A DNA stretch of 64,000 nucleotides from Candidatus Spongiisociaceae bacterium (GCA_965202665.1 OZ241841.1:832001-896000), one strand, 5' to 3'; counted from the first letter of the stretch, positions 10,525-19,484 are shown. The notes: generated by a model from the sequence alone, not told the origin. Numbers and translations are program-made.

Positions 10525-10555
10525 TTTCCGAGTTCCGAGGGAAGGGAAAGAAGAC

Positions 10556-11560
10556 ATGAGCGACAAAATCAACTGGGATCGGGTGCAGGCCTATCTGGGC
10601 AGGAGTTCCACCCGGGCGGTGCTCAAGCCGTACGGGTTTCCCGACATCACCAACCCGTTCACGTCCCGCTACGCCGATGTGGATGTGGCCCCCCGCTGGG
10701 ACATCCCCGACGAGACGGCGGTGTCGGTGGCGGTCACCGGCGGGTTTTTCATGACCCGGGACAACCCCAATCAGCCGATAAGCCCGGAGGCGATCGTGGA
10801 GGCTTCCCGTTCCTGCATGGAAGCGGGGGCCACCTCCTTGCATATTCATGTGAGAAACGAACAGGAGTTGTCCATTCTGGATCTGCAGCGGTTCGTAAAC
10901 GTGTTGGAGCCTTTGCACGAGGATTTCCCCGGTTTGTACATTTCGGCGGGCGAGGTGGCGGTGGGAGAAGAAGACTGGGAGGATATGCAGAAGTTGAGCG
11001 GGTCGGGGTTGGTAGCCGGGTCGCCGGTGAACACCACCGCCACCTTCGTGGGGGACACCCTGTTCGCCAAGCCCCCGGCGGTGATGATCGAAAAAGCCCG
11101 CATACTGCAGGATTCGGGGGTGAAACCGGAAATCGCGGTTTACACGGACGCCGATGTGGACAACGCCGACCGTTACCTGATCAAATCGGGGTTGGTGAAA
11201 CCGCCTTTCTTCTGGGTGGTGTTGCCCGCTTTGCCCGGCGGCAGTCCCATGCACAACCCGCACCAGATGGTGCAGGGCCTGAAGCGGATAGTGGATTCCA
11301 TCTTCGACATCGACCGGGAGTCGGTAATTTCAGTGTGCGCGGCCGGGCGGGCCTCGGTGTTTCTGGTTACTTTGGCGGTGTTGATGGGTTTGCACGCCCG
11401 GGTGGGGATGGAAGACACGGTGTGGCGGTTTCCGCATAAGGACGACCTGGTGGCCTCCAACCTGGAAACCTTTCAGACCATCGCCGGGATAACCGAGCTG
11501 CTGGGCCGCCCGGTGATGTCGGGGGCTCGTTTCAAAAGCATGCTGGGCATAGCGGAGTAG
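10556..11560 (+). CDS. Beta-keto acid cleavage enzyme (BKACE/DUF849, Kce-like)
   Basis: AVTG..NPNQPISPE, GATSLHIHVR (Zn HxH), HARVGMEDT. Confidence 0.9.
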   Translation: MSDKINWDRVQAYLGRSSTRAVLKPYGFPDITNPFTSRYADVDVAPRWDIPDETAVSVAVTGGFFMTRDNPNQPISPEAIVEASRSCMEAGATSLHIHVRNEQELSILDLQRFVNVLEPLHEDFPGLYISAGEVAVGEEDWEDMQKLSGSGLVAGSPVNTTATFVGDTLFAKPPAVMIEKARILQDSGVKPEIAVYTDADVDNADRYLIKSGLVKPPFFWVVLPALPGGSPMHNPHQMVQGLKRIVDSIFDIDRESVISVCAAGRASVFLVTLAVLMGLHARVGMEDTVWRFPHKDDLVASNLETFQTIAGITELLGRPVMSGARFKSMLGIAE

Positions 11561-11568
11561 GAGCCCCG

Positions 11569-11817
11569 GTGGCGACCGAAGCCAAAATCCGGGAGTTGCT
11601 GGCCCCGTTCATAACCGGTCTGGAAGCCGACGGCTACCAGTTGAAAGTGAGCCTGCAACCGGACCGCATCGATCTGCGGGTGGAGGCGGGCCCCAAGGCG
11701 TGCGCCGACTGCCTGATCCCCAAAGGAATGATGGAGGAAATGTTCCGCTCCCGCCTAACCGAAGAAGCCACCGGCCTCCCCCACGCCAACCTAACCCTAG
11801 CCCACCCCCTAGATTAA
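11569..11817 (+). CDS. Small NifU-C-like CxxC protein
   Basis: LEADGYQL...ACADCLIP pattern, 82 aa. Confidence 0.65.
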   Translation: MATEAKIRELLAPFITGLEADGYQLKVSLQPDRIDLRVEAGPKACADCLIPKGMMEEMFRSRLTEEATGLPHANLTLAHPLD

Positions 11818-12329
11818 TTCCGGGCGGGCCGACCGGTAACCGACGGCTCCGCCGCCAAAGCAAACCGGGCTTTTTCAACCTCCTCCCTGTCCCATCCCAT
11901 AGTCGCGCAAACCATTTCATCAAGAGACGCCCGGACGACATCACCGTCCGCCGTCGCGCAAACCGTTTCATCCAGAGACGCCCGCACCAAGTCGCCCTCC
12001 TGGTCCCGCAACCGCAACAAGGGACGGTCGGCAACCCGCTGGAAATGGTCCGCCAAAGCGGAAACCTGAACACGAACCCCCGCCGGAGAGCGGTCATTCC
12101 TGAGTTCTCCTAGCGATCCGTCACCAACATCCTGGTCAAGTACACCTAACAGTTCATCGGCAAACCACTTAGCGGTTGTTTGGATTAATAGGGTGGCAGG
12201 GAATTTAACTGGGGTCCAGTAATTTCTTTCGACCCTTTCCCATCCCTAGGAAACGCACTTGATCCCACCGGAACAGACGCCGTCGACTACGGCTACCGCG
12301 TCGGGGCCTTCATAGGGGTCACCGTCCAT
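11814..12329 (-). pseudogene. Interrupted reading frame; C-terminus resembles the tail of a type IIG-like R-M enzyme
   Basis: ATG 12329 coupled to MTase stop, in-frame TAG at 12248-12246, 51-bp internal duplication, ends VRASLDE..C...W....E.AR.ALAAEPSVTG. Confidence 0.45.
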
Positions 12330-13867
12330 CAGTTTGTGTCTTTGCGGCAGCTGAGTGCCTTAGCCAACTCCACGAGCAGTCCCCCGGCAGAGGACGTATC
12401 CAGCCCGGCCTCTGCCAGCGCATCTTTCACTTCGGTTGGAACCTCGGACGCCGCTTTGGCGGCCCGGCGTTCCTCCATCTCCCGGACCACCTCGGTCACT
12501 TTTCCCCCGTAAGTTATACCGTGACGCTCCAGCAACTTGGCGGTCAGGTAGCCCATCGGCCGGTCGCCTTTGGTGGCGTTGCATCCTCCGCAGAGAAGTT
12601 GCAGGTTCGAGATATGATCGGAACCGCCTTTGGAACGGGGGATGAAATGGTCCACATGATGCCCTGACTTGGGGAAGAAGTCCCCGCACCCCGCGCACAA
12701 CCCGTCCTGCTCCCCCCACAGCCATGTCTTGTGCGTATTCGGGTCGGGGAGGTCGCCCATATCGGTGCGCTTAGGCAGGTCGGTGCGATGGATGGCCAAC
12801 GTGGAAGGGAGGCCGAGTTGCTCGCCCATCCGCTCATCTGCTAGGCGGGCACACTCCGCTGAGATGTCAATCCCCACCCACCGACGTTCCAGTTTCTCCG
12901 CCGCGATAGCCGCCGTAGCGCACCCAGCAAAGGGGTCTAAGACGACATCCCCCTCGTTGGTGGAGGCTTTGATGATCCGTTCGAGCAACGCGGTGGGTTT
13001 CTGGGTGGGGTAGCCGGTGCGTTCCGGGTGCTGGCGGGCGACCGGGGTAATGTCCGTCCAAACCTGAGGGGCGGACACCCCTTTAGGTTTGTCCGTCAAG
13101 TCCACGATGCGGCCGTAACTTGGATTCTCCCGAACGCTATCCGGCACCTTGCTCCAATCGTACACCAACAGTTGCCGCTCCCCGCTACTGCGATCCCTAT
13201 TGCTGTTATACCCCTTATCAAGTTGCCTTTTCTTAGCATCGGTCATCACATATTGTTTATTGAACGTGTAGTCGTCGGAAACTGAATAAAACAGGATGAT
13301 GTCGTTGTTCTTCTGGAAGTGGCGGGCGGCGTTCGTCCACTTATTGTAATGCCACACAATCTCGTTGCGGAAGTTGTCGCTCCCGAAGATAGCGTCGAGC
13401 GCCAGCTTCAGCGAATGGGACTCCGTCGGGTCGCAGTGCAGATATATGCTCCCCGTAGGTTTCAGCACCCGCCGCATCTCCAACAGCCGCATCGCCATGT
13501 AAATCAGATATGACATTGTGCCGTCGCCACGGGCGTCCCTTGCGGCGAGGATGATGTTGTGGAGTGCCTGGTTGTCATGCTCTAACAGTTCGTGCCACGC
13601 CAGATCGACATCAGACAGATCCCAGAGATCCTTGAAGGCGGCCACCGCACCTTTGCCGCCCACCGGGGCACTCCACTCTTTCTTACTATTGAAAGGTGGG
13701 TCAAGGTAGATAAGGTCGACGCTGTCGGAATTCATGCCCCGCAACACGTGCAGGTTATCGCCGGTGAAAATGGTACGGTTGCGGATGTCGCCGATGGCTT
13801 TGTCGTCCTCGGCACGGGCCGGACGAGTGTCCTGTTTAGTGGCGGTCTTCGCAGGTTTATCCGTCAT
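12329..13867 (-). CDS. N6/N4 DNA methyltransferase (beta order) fused to C-terminal HNH nuclease
   Basis: IYLDPPF, YPTQKP, VLDPFAGCAT; CAGC...HHVDHFIPRSKGGSDHISNLQLLCGGCN. Confidence 0.92.
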   Translation of the reverse strand: MTDKPAKTATKQDTRPARAEDDKAIGDIRNRTIFTGDNLHVLRGMNSDSVDLIYLDPPFNSKKEWSAPVGGKGAVAAFKDLWDLSDVDLAWHELLEHDNQALHNIILAARDARGDGTMSYLIYMAMRLLEMRRVLKPTGSIYLHCDPTESHSLKLALDAIFGSDNFRNEIVWHYNKWTNAARHFQKNNDIILFYSVSDDYTFNKQYVMTDAKKRQLDKGYNSNRDRSSGERQLLVYDWSKVPDSVRENPSYGRIVDLTDKPKGVSAPQVWTDITPVARQHPERTGYPTQKPTALLERIIKASTNEGDVVLDPFAGCATAAIAAEKLERRWVGIDISAECARLADERMGEQLGLPSTLAIHRTDLPKRTDMGDLPDPNTHKTWLWGEQDGLCAGCGDFFPKSGHHVDHFIPRSKGGSDHISNLQLLCGGCNATKGDRPMGYLTAKLLERHGITYGGKVTEVVREMEERRAAKAASEVPTEVKDALAEAGLDTSSAGGLLVELAKALSCRKDTN

Positions 13868-13878
13868 GATTGTTGCAA

Positions 13879-14136
13879 TTACGTCTCTCGCCGATTACCG
13901 GCAGGCCGGTTCCGAGCATCCGCCAACCCTTGCTCCAGTCGGGCGTCAGCATCTCCGAGCGCCCCTCGGCGATTGCCTATTTCCCCCTCAAGCACCACCC
14001 TGGAACCGTCTACATCCACCAGCACGTCAAGCCGCCGCCCCCCAGGCTGTTTTACCTCCGCCTCAGCCTGAAGCCCCTGTTCCCGCAACAATTGCGTAAA
14101 CGCTATGTTGATCTTTTGCTCGTACCCGGATGCCAC
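13879..14136 (-). pseudogene. Truncated N-terminal PD-(D/E)xK-like domain of an R-M enzyme
   Basis: EQKINIAFTQLL...RRLDVLV...VVLEGEIG; loses coherence after GLADA, directly upstream of the MTase. Confidence 0.5.
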
Positions 14137-14178
14137 CGAGGACCCTCCGCTGTTGCCCGATTCCAAGAATTGGCAAAA

Positions 14179-14205
14179 ACGCTACCCCCCCCCCCGTTTT
14201 GTCAA
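14179..14205 (-). promoter_or_regulatory. Sigma70-like promoter with a G11 tract in the spacer
   Basis: Minus strand TTGACA-AAAC-G11-TAGCGT, 15-nt spacer; C11 at 14185-14195. Confidence 0.6.
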
Positions 14206-14388
14206 GTCAATCCCGGTCGGAGGGGAATTGGGAGGCTGCCAAACAGGCCAGGGGCCTACGCGTAAATGGGGTGGTACGGGGTTAGGGTTCCTCCGGTGTA
14301 CTCCGTAACGAACTCACCCCGCAACCAGAATCAGGGCAGGATCGGGCTTACAGGGACGTGAGGAGTGGCTGGTGAACAGCCGACCTGC

Positions 14389-15216
14389 TCAGTAGTATCG
14401 GCGGGGCCTGCGCCGTCGGTTGTTTGACCTGCCTGGTGGCCGCTTGCTATAAGATCGGCCCGACGGCCCTCCCGATGACCGGCCCTTCTGGTGACCGGAA
14501 CTGGTCGATGACCGGCGGTTGCTGGATCTGCTTTTTCTTTCATTGTCCGCCGCCATCTCCGCCAAGCCCGCCAGGGCCATGCCTATTACCGCCACCACGG
14601 CGGCCGCCGCGACTGCCAGCAGGACCACGCACCATAGGACCGTCCGCCACCCGCCGTACGCGATCTCCTCCCCGCGGGCCCGGTGCCGCCAACCGCCGGT
14701 GAACAGGAGGGCCAGCCTGCCCACGGCCCATACCGCCATAGTCGCTATCAGCCCCACCTGGTAATCCGTCATATTAATCAACCCCGTCCCCAAGGCGACC
14801 ATCGCCACGGCTCCCAGGGCCTGCCATCCGCTCCAGCCCGCAAACAATCTCTTCTTCGCCCACTCGCGGAGGCGATGCCGCCAATGGCATTCGCAACCGT
14901 TGCGGATGTAGGAGACGGCGGCGGCTTGCAGGCGCGGGTTGGTCCGGGGCCGGGTTTCCCCCTGCTCCAAAACGCCCACTACCCAATAGTTGCATCGCGT
15001 GCATAACAGCCCCCGGACGGCTTCGCACGAATGACAGTGATCGATGTTGCTTAAACGCCGTTCGGGTTCTCTCCCATGACGTTTCCGGTAGGCCGCCTGC
15101 ACCTCCGGCCAGGTCCGCTCACATATCTGGCAACGGGGGCGGCTGAGAATCTTCTCCTTCTCAGCGGTGGAGATGTTGTATCTTTCCTCCGGCGTGGGGT
15201 ATCGGCCCTTTCGCAT
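14389..15216 (-). CDS. Endonuclease VII-like (His-Me) domain fused to transmembrane helices
   Basis: RYNIS...CQIC...NIDHCHSCEAVRGLLCTRCN; three hydrophobic segments; R/S-rich tail. Confidence 0.75.
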   Translation of the reverse strand: MRKGRYPTPEERYNISTAEKEKILSRPRCQICERTWPEVQAAYRKRHGREPERRLSNIDHCHSCEAVRGLLCTRCNYWVVGVLEQGETRPRTNPRLQAAAVSYIRNGCECHWRHRLREWAKKRLFAGWSGWQALGAVAMVALGTGLINMTDYQVGLIATMAVWAVGRLALLFTGGWRHRARGEEIAYGGWRTVLWCVVLLAVAAAAVVAVIGMALAGLAEMAADNERKSRSSNRRSSTSSGHQKGRSSGGPSGRSYSKRPPGRSNNRRRRPRRYY

Positions 15217-15283
15217 AGCGGCCAAGCGTAGCGAATGTTATGCGATGCCTCCATCTTGCCAACGCTCTAAAGCAGGGGCGGGT

Positions 15284-16204
15284 TTAGAGGCGGGTCATTA
15301 GGTGTTGGACGGACATTAAATCCAAGTGGCCGCCGCCGCCGTTTTTGAAGAGCGTGATGCGGTCGGGGCCGGTGCGGCCCTGCGCGCCCGCGGCCAGTTG
15401 GTAGTGGTCGGCCAAAATGCGTTCGGGTGTTATCACTCCGGAGGCCAGCGGGATGGCCAACTCTCCGGTTTCCAACGCCGAATCCCGGGAGTCTACGAAA
15501 ATGTCCGCTTGGGCGACGGCCCGGTCGTCCGCCTCCCGCATGTGCGGCAGGTAGGAACCGACCAGATCCAGATGGGTTCCGGGGGCCACCCACCCGCCCC
15601 TTATCAGCGGCTCCACCGTCATCGTGGCGCAACTGATGACGTCGGCGGCCCGCACCGCCGGTTGCAGATCCCCGGCGACGGCGATGTCGGCGGGCAGGTT
15701 TCCGTCCGAAAGTTCATCGACCAACCGTTGCGCCCGGGCCGGGGTGCGATTCCAGACGGCCACCCGCTCCAACATTGGGCGGACGGACAGATGAGCCCTG
15801 ATCAGATGAGGGGCCATGGCCCCCGCTCCCACCATCAGCAGAAAGCGGCTGTCCTCCCGGGCCAGAAAACGGGCGCCCAGGGCGGAATCGCAGGCGGTTT
15901 TGAACCAGGTGAGGGCGTTGCCGATGATGACCGCCTCCTCCTGCCCGGTGTCCGGGTTGAACACCGCGTAAAGGGTGTGGACGGTGGGCAAATCCCGGTT
16001 GCCGGGGAAGATGGTGGCCAGTTTGATCCCCAACCCGGATCCGGGCGCAAACCCGGCCCGGGCCAGCAGGCCGTTGCCCCGCCCGTCCCCCGTATAAACA
16101 TCCCCCACCGCCGCCGCCGCCGACCGGTGCCGCTCCTCCAAAAAGTCAATCAGCGGCCCATAATCCAACAGCCCCATAGCCTCCTCATGCGTTATCACCC
16201 TCAT
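15284..16204 (-). CDS. Ornithine cyclodeaminase/mu-crystallin family protein
   Basis: GIKLATIFPGN, KTACDSALG, VGAGAMA, ADVISCAT, ITLFKNGG. Confidence 0.92.
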   Translation of the reverse strand: MRVITHEEAMGLLDYGPLIDFLEERHRSAAAAVGDVYTGDGRGNGLLARAGFAPGSGLGIKLATIFPGNRDLPTVHTLYAVFNPDTGQEEAVIIGNALTWFKTACDSALGARFLAREDSRFLLMVGAGAMAPHLIRAHLSVRPMLERVAVWNRTPARAQRLVDELSDGNLPADIAVAGDLQPAVRAADVISCATMTVEPLIRGGWVAPGTHLDLVGSYLPHMREADDRAVAQADIFVDSRDSALETGELAIPLASGVITPERILADHYQLAAGAQGRTGPDRITLFKNGGGGHLDLMSVQHLMTRL

Positions 16205-16222
16205 CAGCTACCACTTACCAAA

Positions 16223-17551
16223 TCAGTCTTTCATTTCTTTTAATTTGCTAGCCAAATTTGTTGACGCAATAAAGGCTTTTTGCTTACCAATTTGTTCCAG
16301 TTCTATAAGATCTATTCCACCTAAATACAGTAAATCATTACGGGCGGTGTTAAGAGAAACATCATGTCTATTAGCGTGACCGCGAAAGGTATACAGCCTG
16401 TCAGGATTTCTAAGAGCATCACTAAGCAATGCACGCTGGCGATAGTTCAATTCTGGAATATCACCTATTATACTGTCGACTTCTTGATTTCTCTTCAATA
16501 CGCTATCTACGTAAGTGGATAATCCTTGGAAAGCCTTGTCTAATACGTTTAGCTGATGAATCAAAAAATATGTCAGGTCATTATCGTTGGTCTCCGAATA
16601 TAAAAAGGAGTCACGATACTGTCCAGGTGCTTTATGCAACACGGCCGAAATTGAAACATATTCCATTAACCAATAGTCCCCCCGTAAGGCAGACCAATAA
16701 AAAAGTCCACGAGCCGTTCTACCATTGCCATCAGCAAATGGATGAATATAAGCTAACCAAAAATGTAACAATATGGAATGTAACAAAGGATGGGTAAATC
16801 CACCATTAGCACCGTTGGCAAAATCACATAACCTTTTTATCCGTCCCATAATCTCCTCTGCCCGCGGCGGCATGAACATTATTTTGTCTAACTCATCGAC
16901 AACTTTTGCTCTGATATCTCCTGGCCTTTGAAATCGGCCACAATCATCTGGATTTTCTAAAGTACCTTCTGTTAATTTTGCATGTATTTCACAAATCAAA
17001 TCTGGCGATAAATCTCTATTTGTTATCTCTCGTATATAGCGTATAGCATTATAATTGTTAGAAATCATCCTCTCAGAAATATCACGAGGTTTTTGTCCGC
17101 TACGAAGCATTTCTTTCGCTCTGACGCGTGTGGTAGCCGCACCTTCCAGTTGTGAAGAGGAAATGGCCTCCTCAATTATTCCTCTTACTCGATAGCTACC
17201 TCTTGTGGTAGGATTCAAAGTAGCGATTGGTGAAGCAAGCCTGCCTGTCGCCCGCATGTCAAGATTATGAAGGTGCTCCAAAACCGGATCAACCAAGCTG
17301 TAACGAAAGTAATCACCTTTTGTATTTAAAATAGGAGATGAACGAGCTATAGTATTCCTATTTAAAGCCAACCCTGCCCACCACTCATCTGTCGTAAGCC
17401 CAGCGGGCGGCGGGCGACGTCGAACCTCTTCCCAATGGAGATACCGACCATCCACAGTCGGACCTACATCTAAAACCCGATTCAAATGAATAGGGTCAAT
17501 CTTGATTAGAACATCATTAATCGCCGGAGGGTCTTCGGGCAACCGAGTCAT
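16223..17551 (-). CDS. Fic family protein with C-terminal wHTH
   Basis: HPFADGNGRTAR catalytic motif, SSQLEG inhibitory motif, TARNDL tail; visibly AT-rich. Confidence 0.93.
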   Translation of the reverse strand: MTRLPEDPPAINDVLIKIDPIHLNRVLDVGPTVDGRYLHWEEVRRRPPPAGLTTDEWWAGLALNRNTIARSSPILNTKGDYFRYSLVDPVLEHLHNLDMRATGRLASPIATLNPTTRGSYRVRGIIEEAISSSQLEGAATTRVRAKEMLRSGQKPRDISERMISNNYNAIRYIREITNRDLSPDLICEIHAKLTEGTLENPDDCGRFQRPGDIRAKVVDELDKIMFMPPRAEEIMGRIKRLCDFANGANGGFTHPLLHSILLHFWLAYIHPFADGNGRTARGLFYWSALRGDYWLMEYVSISAVLHKAPGQYRDSFLYSETNDNDLTYFLIHQLNVLDKAFQGLSTYVDSVLKRNQEVDSIIGDIPELNYRQRALLSDALRNPDRLYTFRGHANRHDVSLNTARNDLLYLGGIDLIELEQIGKQKAFIASTNLASKLKEMKD

Positions 17552-17652
17552 TATACCTACCTTTCCATTCCATGAGGTCAGCACTCACCAGACATCCAAT
17601 CCTGCCTGGCACTGCGCCAGTATACGATCCGACCATCCTAAATGTCAAATCG

Positions 17653-17827
17653 CCCCCACCCCCAACTGTCAATTTACTGTCAACAACTGTCAAAATGACA
17701 CTTGGCCGCCCCAACCCCCACCCCCAACTGTCAATTAACTGTCAACAACTGTCAAAATGACACTTGATCGCCCCAAACCCCCACCCCAACTATCAATTAA
17801 CTGTCAACAACTGTCAAAATGACACTT
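17653..17827. repeat. Three 62-bp tandem units built of ACTGTCAA sub-repeats
   Basis: CCCCAACTGTCAATT(T/A)ACTGTCAACAACTGTCAAAATGACACTT ending at 17703, 17765 and 17827. Confidence 0.95.
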
Positions 17828-18524
17828 AGGGGGCGGCGGGTGGGAGGTCGAAGGCTAAGACCAGCTCGGCGGAGACGCGGGATTGGCCGTTGGCCCCGGC
17901 TCTCAAGCGGGGGGTTACCACGCGGGCGGCGTCGACTAGGGCGAACCCCATTTCCAGCAGGGTTTGCGTATGCCAGGAGGCTACATTTTGACGTCGGCCC
18001 CTCCGGATGTGGTCGGAGATGTTCAACAGCAACCGCCCGCCCGCCCGCAGCACCCGGGCCGTCTCCCGCCAGGCCCGTTCGTGAAACTCCCGATATTGGG
18101 GTCCCCAGTGCAACACCCCCGAATTGTCCTCCGACAGATTGCGTCCCAGGTCGTGGGTGTAACTGCGACGTAACGACCCGTCCCGGGCGTTGTGATGGTC
18201 GGCCAGCCGGTTTCCGTAGGTCGGCGAGGTGACCACCGCGTCGAACCACCCTTCATCAAAGGGCAGAGCCAAGGCGTTGCCCACCCGCGTGTCGGGGTGG
18301 AGGCGCGCCCATTCCGGTTCCAACTCCACCCCCCAGGTGCGCATCTCCCACTCCACCATCCCCGGCAGTTCGTGCACCCGGCCCACTCCGGCGAAAGGAT
18401 CCAGCACCCGCCGGTGCTCCGGCCCCAGCAACCCGGCCAGCGCGGGCAGGATAGCGGATGAGAACACCGCCGGATGGGCCACCCCCGTCTCATAGAGTTT
18501 TTTCGCCGGGGGCCCTCCGCTCAT
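17826..18524 (-). CDS. Small orphan DNA amino-methyltransferase
   Basis: HPAVF, VLDPFAGVG (motif I) preceding VTSPTY (motif IV), RVLRAGG. Confidence 0.75.
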   Translation of the reverse strand: MSGGPPAKKLYETGVAHPAVFSSAILPALAGLLGPEHRRVLDPFAGVGRVHELPGMVEWEMRTWGVELEPEWARLHPDTRVGNALALPFDEGWFDAVVTSPTYGNRLADHHNARDGSLRRSYTHDLGRNLSEDNSGVLHWGPQYREFHERAWRETARVLRAGGRLLLNISDHIRRGRRQNVASWHTQTLLEMGFALVDAARVVTPRLRAGANGQSRVSAELVLAFDLPPAAP

Positions 18525-18575
18525 AATCGGAAGCATACCCATGCCCCTCCGCCGGCGGGATGGCAAACTACGGGC

Positions 18576-19469
18576 ATGTCCCGAATCACCAAAGAATGTC
18601 TCTGCATCTGGTGGGCGGCGGCCCGGCCCCGCACCTTGTGGGCGGCGGTGGCCCCGGTTCTGGTCGGAACGGGACTGGCCGTCGGCGACCGGGTTTTCCG
18701 GCCGGATGCGGCGGCGGCCGCCCTGCTGGGGGCGCTGGCCATCCAGATCGCGGCCAACTTCGCCAACGACGCCTCCGACGCCAAACGGGGAGCGGACTCC
18801 CCCGACCGGGTGGGGCCGCCCCGGGCGGTAGCCAGCGGGGCCCTGCCGGAAGGCCGCATCTGGTACGGGGTGTGGATCATGTTCGGGTTGGCGGCGATAG
18901 CGGGCGTTTATCTGACGGCCGTTGCCGGATGGGCGATCCTCGCTTTGGGCGCGGCGTGCGTCCTAGCCGCCTTGGCTTACACCGGGGGCCCGCTTCCCTA
19001 CGGCTACCGGGGGCTGGGGGAAGTGTTCGTGTTCCTGTTCTTCGGGTTGGCGGCCACCGTCGGCTCCCGCTACGTGCATGACATGACCGCCCCCGCCGCC
19101 GCCTGGCTGGCGGCCGTCCCGGTGGGGTTTTTAGCCGTCGCCATCCTGGTGGCCAACAACGTGCGGGACGTTGAAACCGACGCCGCCGTCGGCAAACGCA
19201 CCTCGGCGGTAATACTGGGAGAATCTTTCGCCCGCCGCCTCTACGCGCTGCTGGTAGTCGGGGCCCATGTTTTGGCGGCGGGGCTGGCGGCGGCCGGCCT
19301 CCTCCCCCGTTGGAGCGCCCTGGCCCTGCTGGCCGCGCCCTGGGCGGTGCGGCCGGTGCGGGACCTGATGTCAACTGCCGGGTCCGACCTGACCGGGGCG
19401 TTGGAAACCACCGCCCGCCTCCATCTGCTGTTCAGCCTCGGCTTGGCGATAGGGGCCGCCGTCGGCTGA
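18576..19469 (+). CDS. menA: 1,4-dihydroxy-2-naphthoate polyprenyltransferase
   Basis: [42 protein letters not shown]. Confidence 0.95.
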   Translation: MSRITKECLCIWWAAARPRTLWAAVAPVLVGTGLAVGDRVFRPDAAAAALLGALAIQIAANFANDASDAKRGADSPDRVGPPRAVASGALPEGRIWYGVWIMFGLAAIAGVYLTAVAGWAILALGAACVLAALAYTGGPLPYGYRGLGEVFVFLFFGLAATVGSRYVHDMTAPAAAWLAAVPVGFLAVAILVANNVRDVETDAAVGKRTSAVILGESFARRLYALLVVGAHVLAAGLAAAGLLPRWSALALLAAPWAVRPVRDLMSTAGSDLTGALETTARLHLLFSLGLAIGAAVG

Positions 19470-19484
19470 CCCCGCCCGCGCCTT

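Noticed and set aside
12246-12248. Pyrrolysine codon
   Set aside because: Context is a degraded R-M remnant; no methylamine methyltransferase or pyl genes seen
17653-17827. CRISPR array
   Set aside because: Inter-repeat segments are about 11 nt and similar to each other; no cas genes nearby
11814-18524. Prophage or integrative element
   Set aside because: No integrase, transposase, tRNA or att repeats, or structural genes found; a housekeeping-like cyclodeaminase sits in the middle
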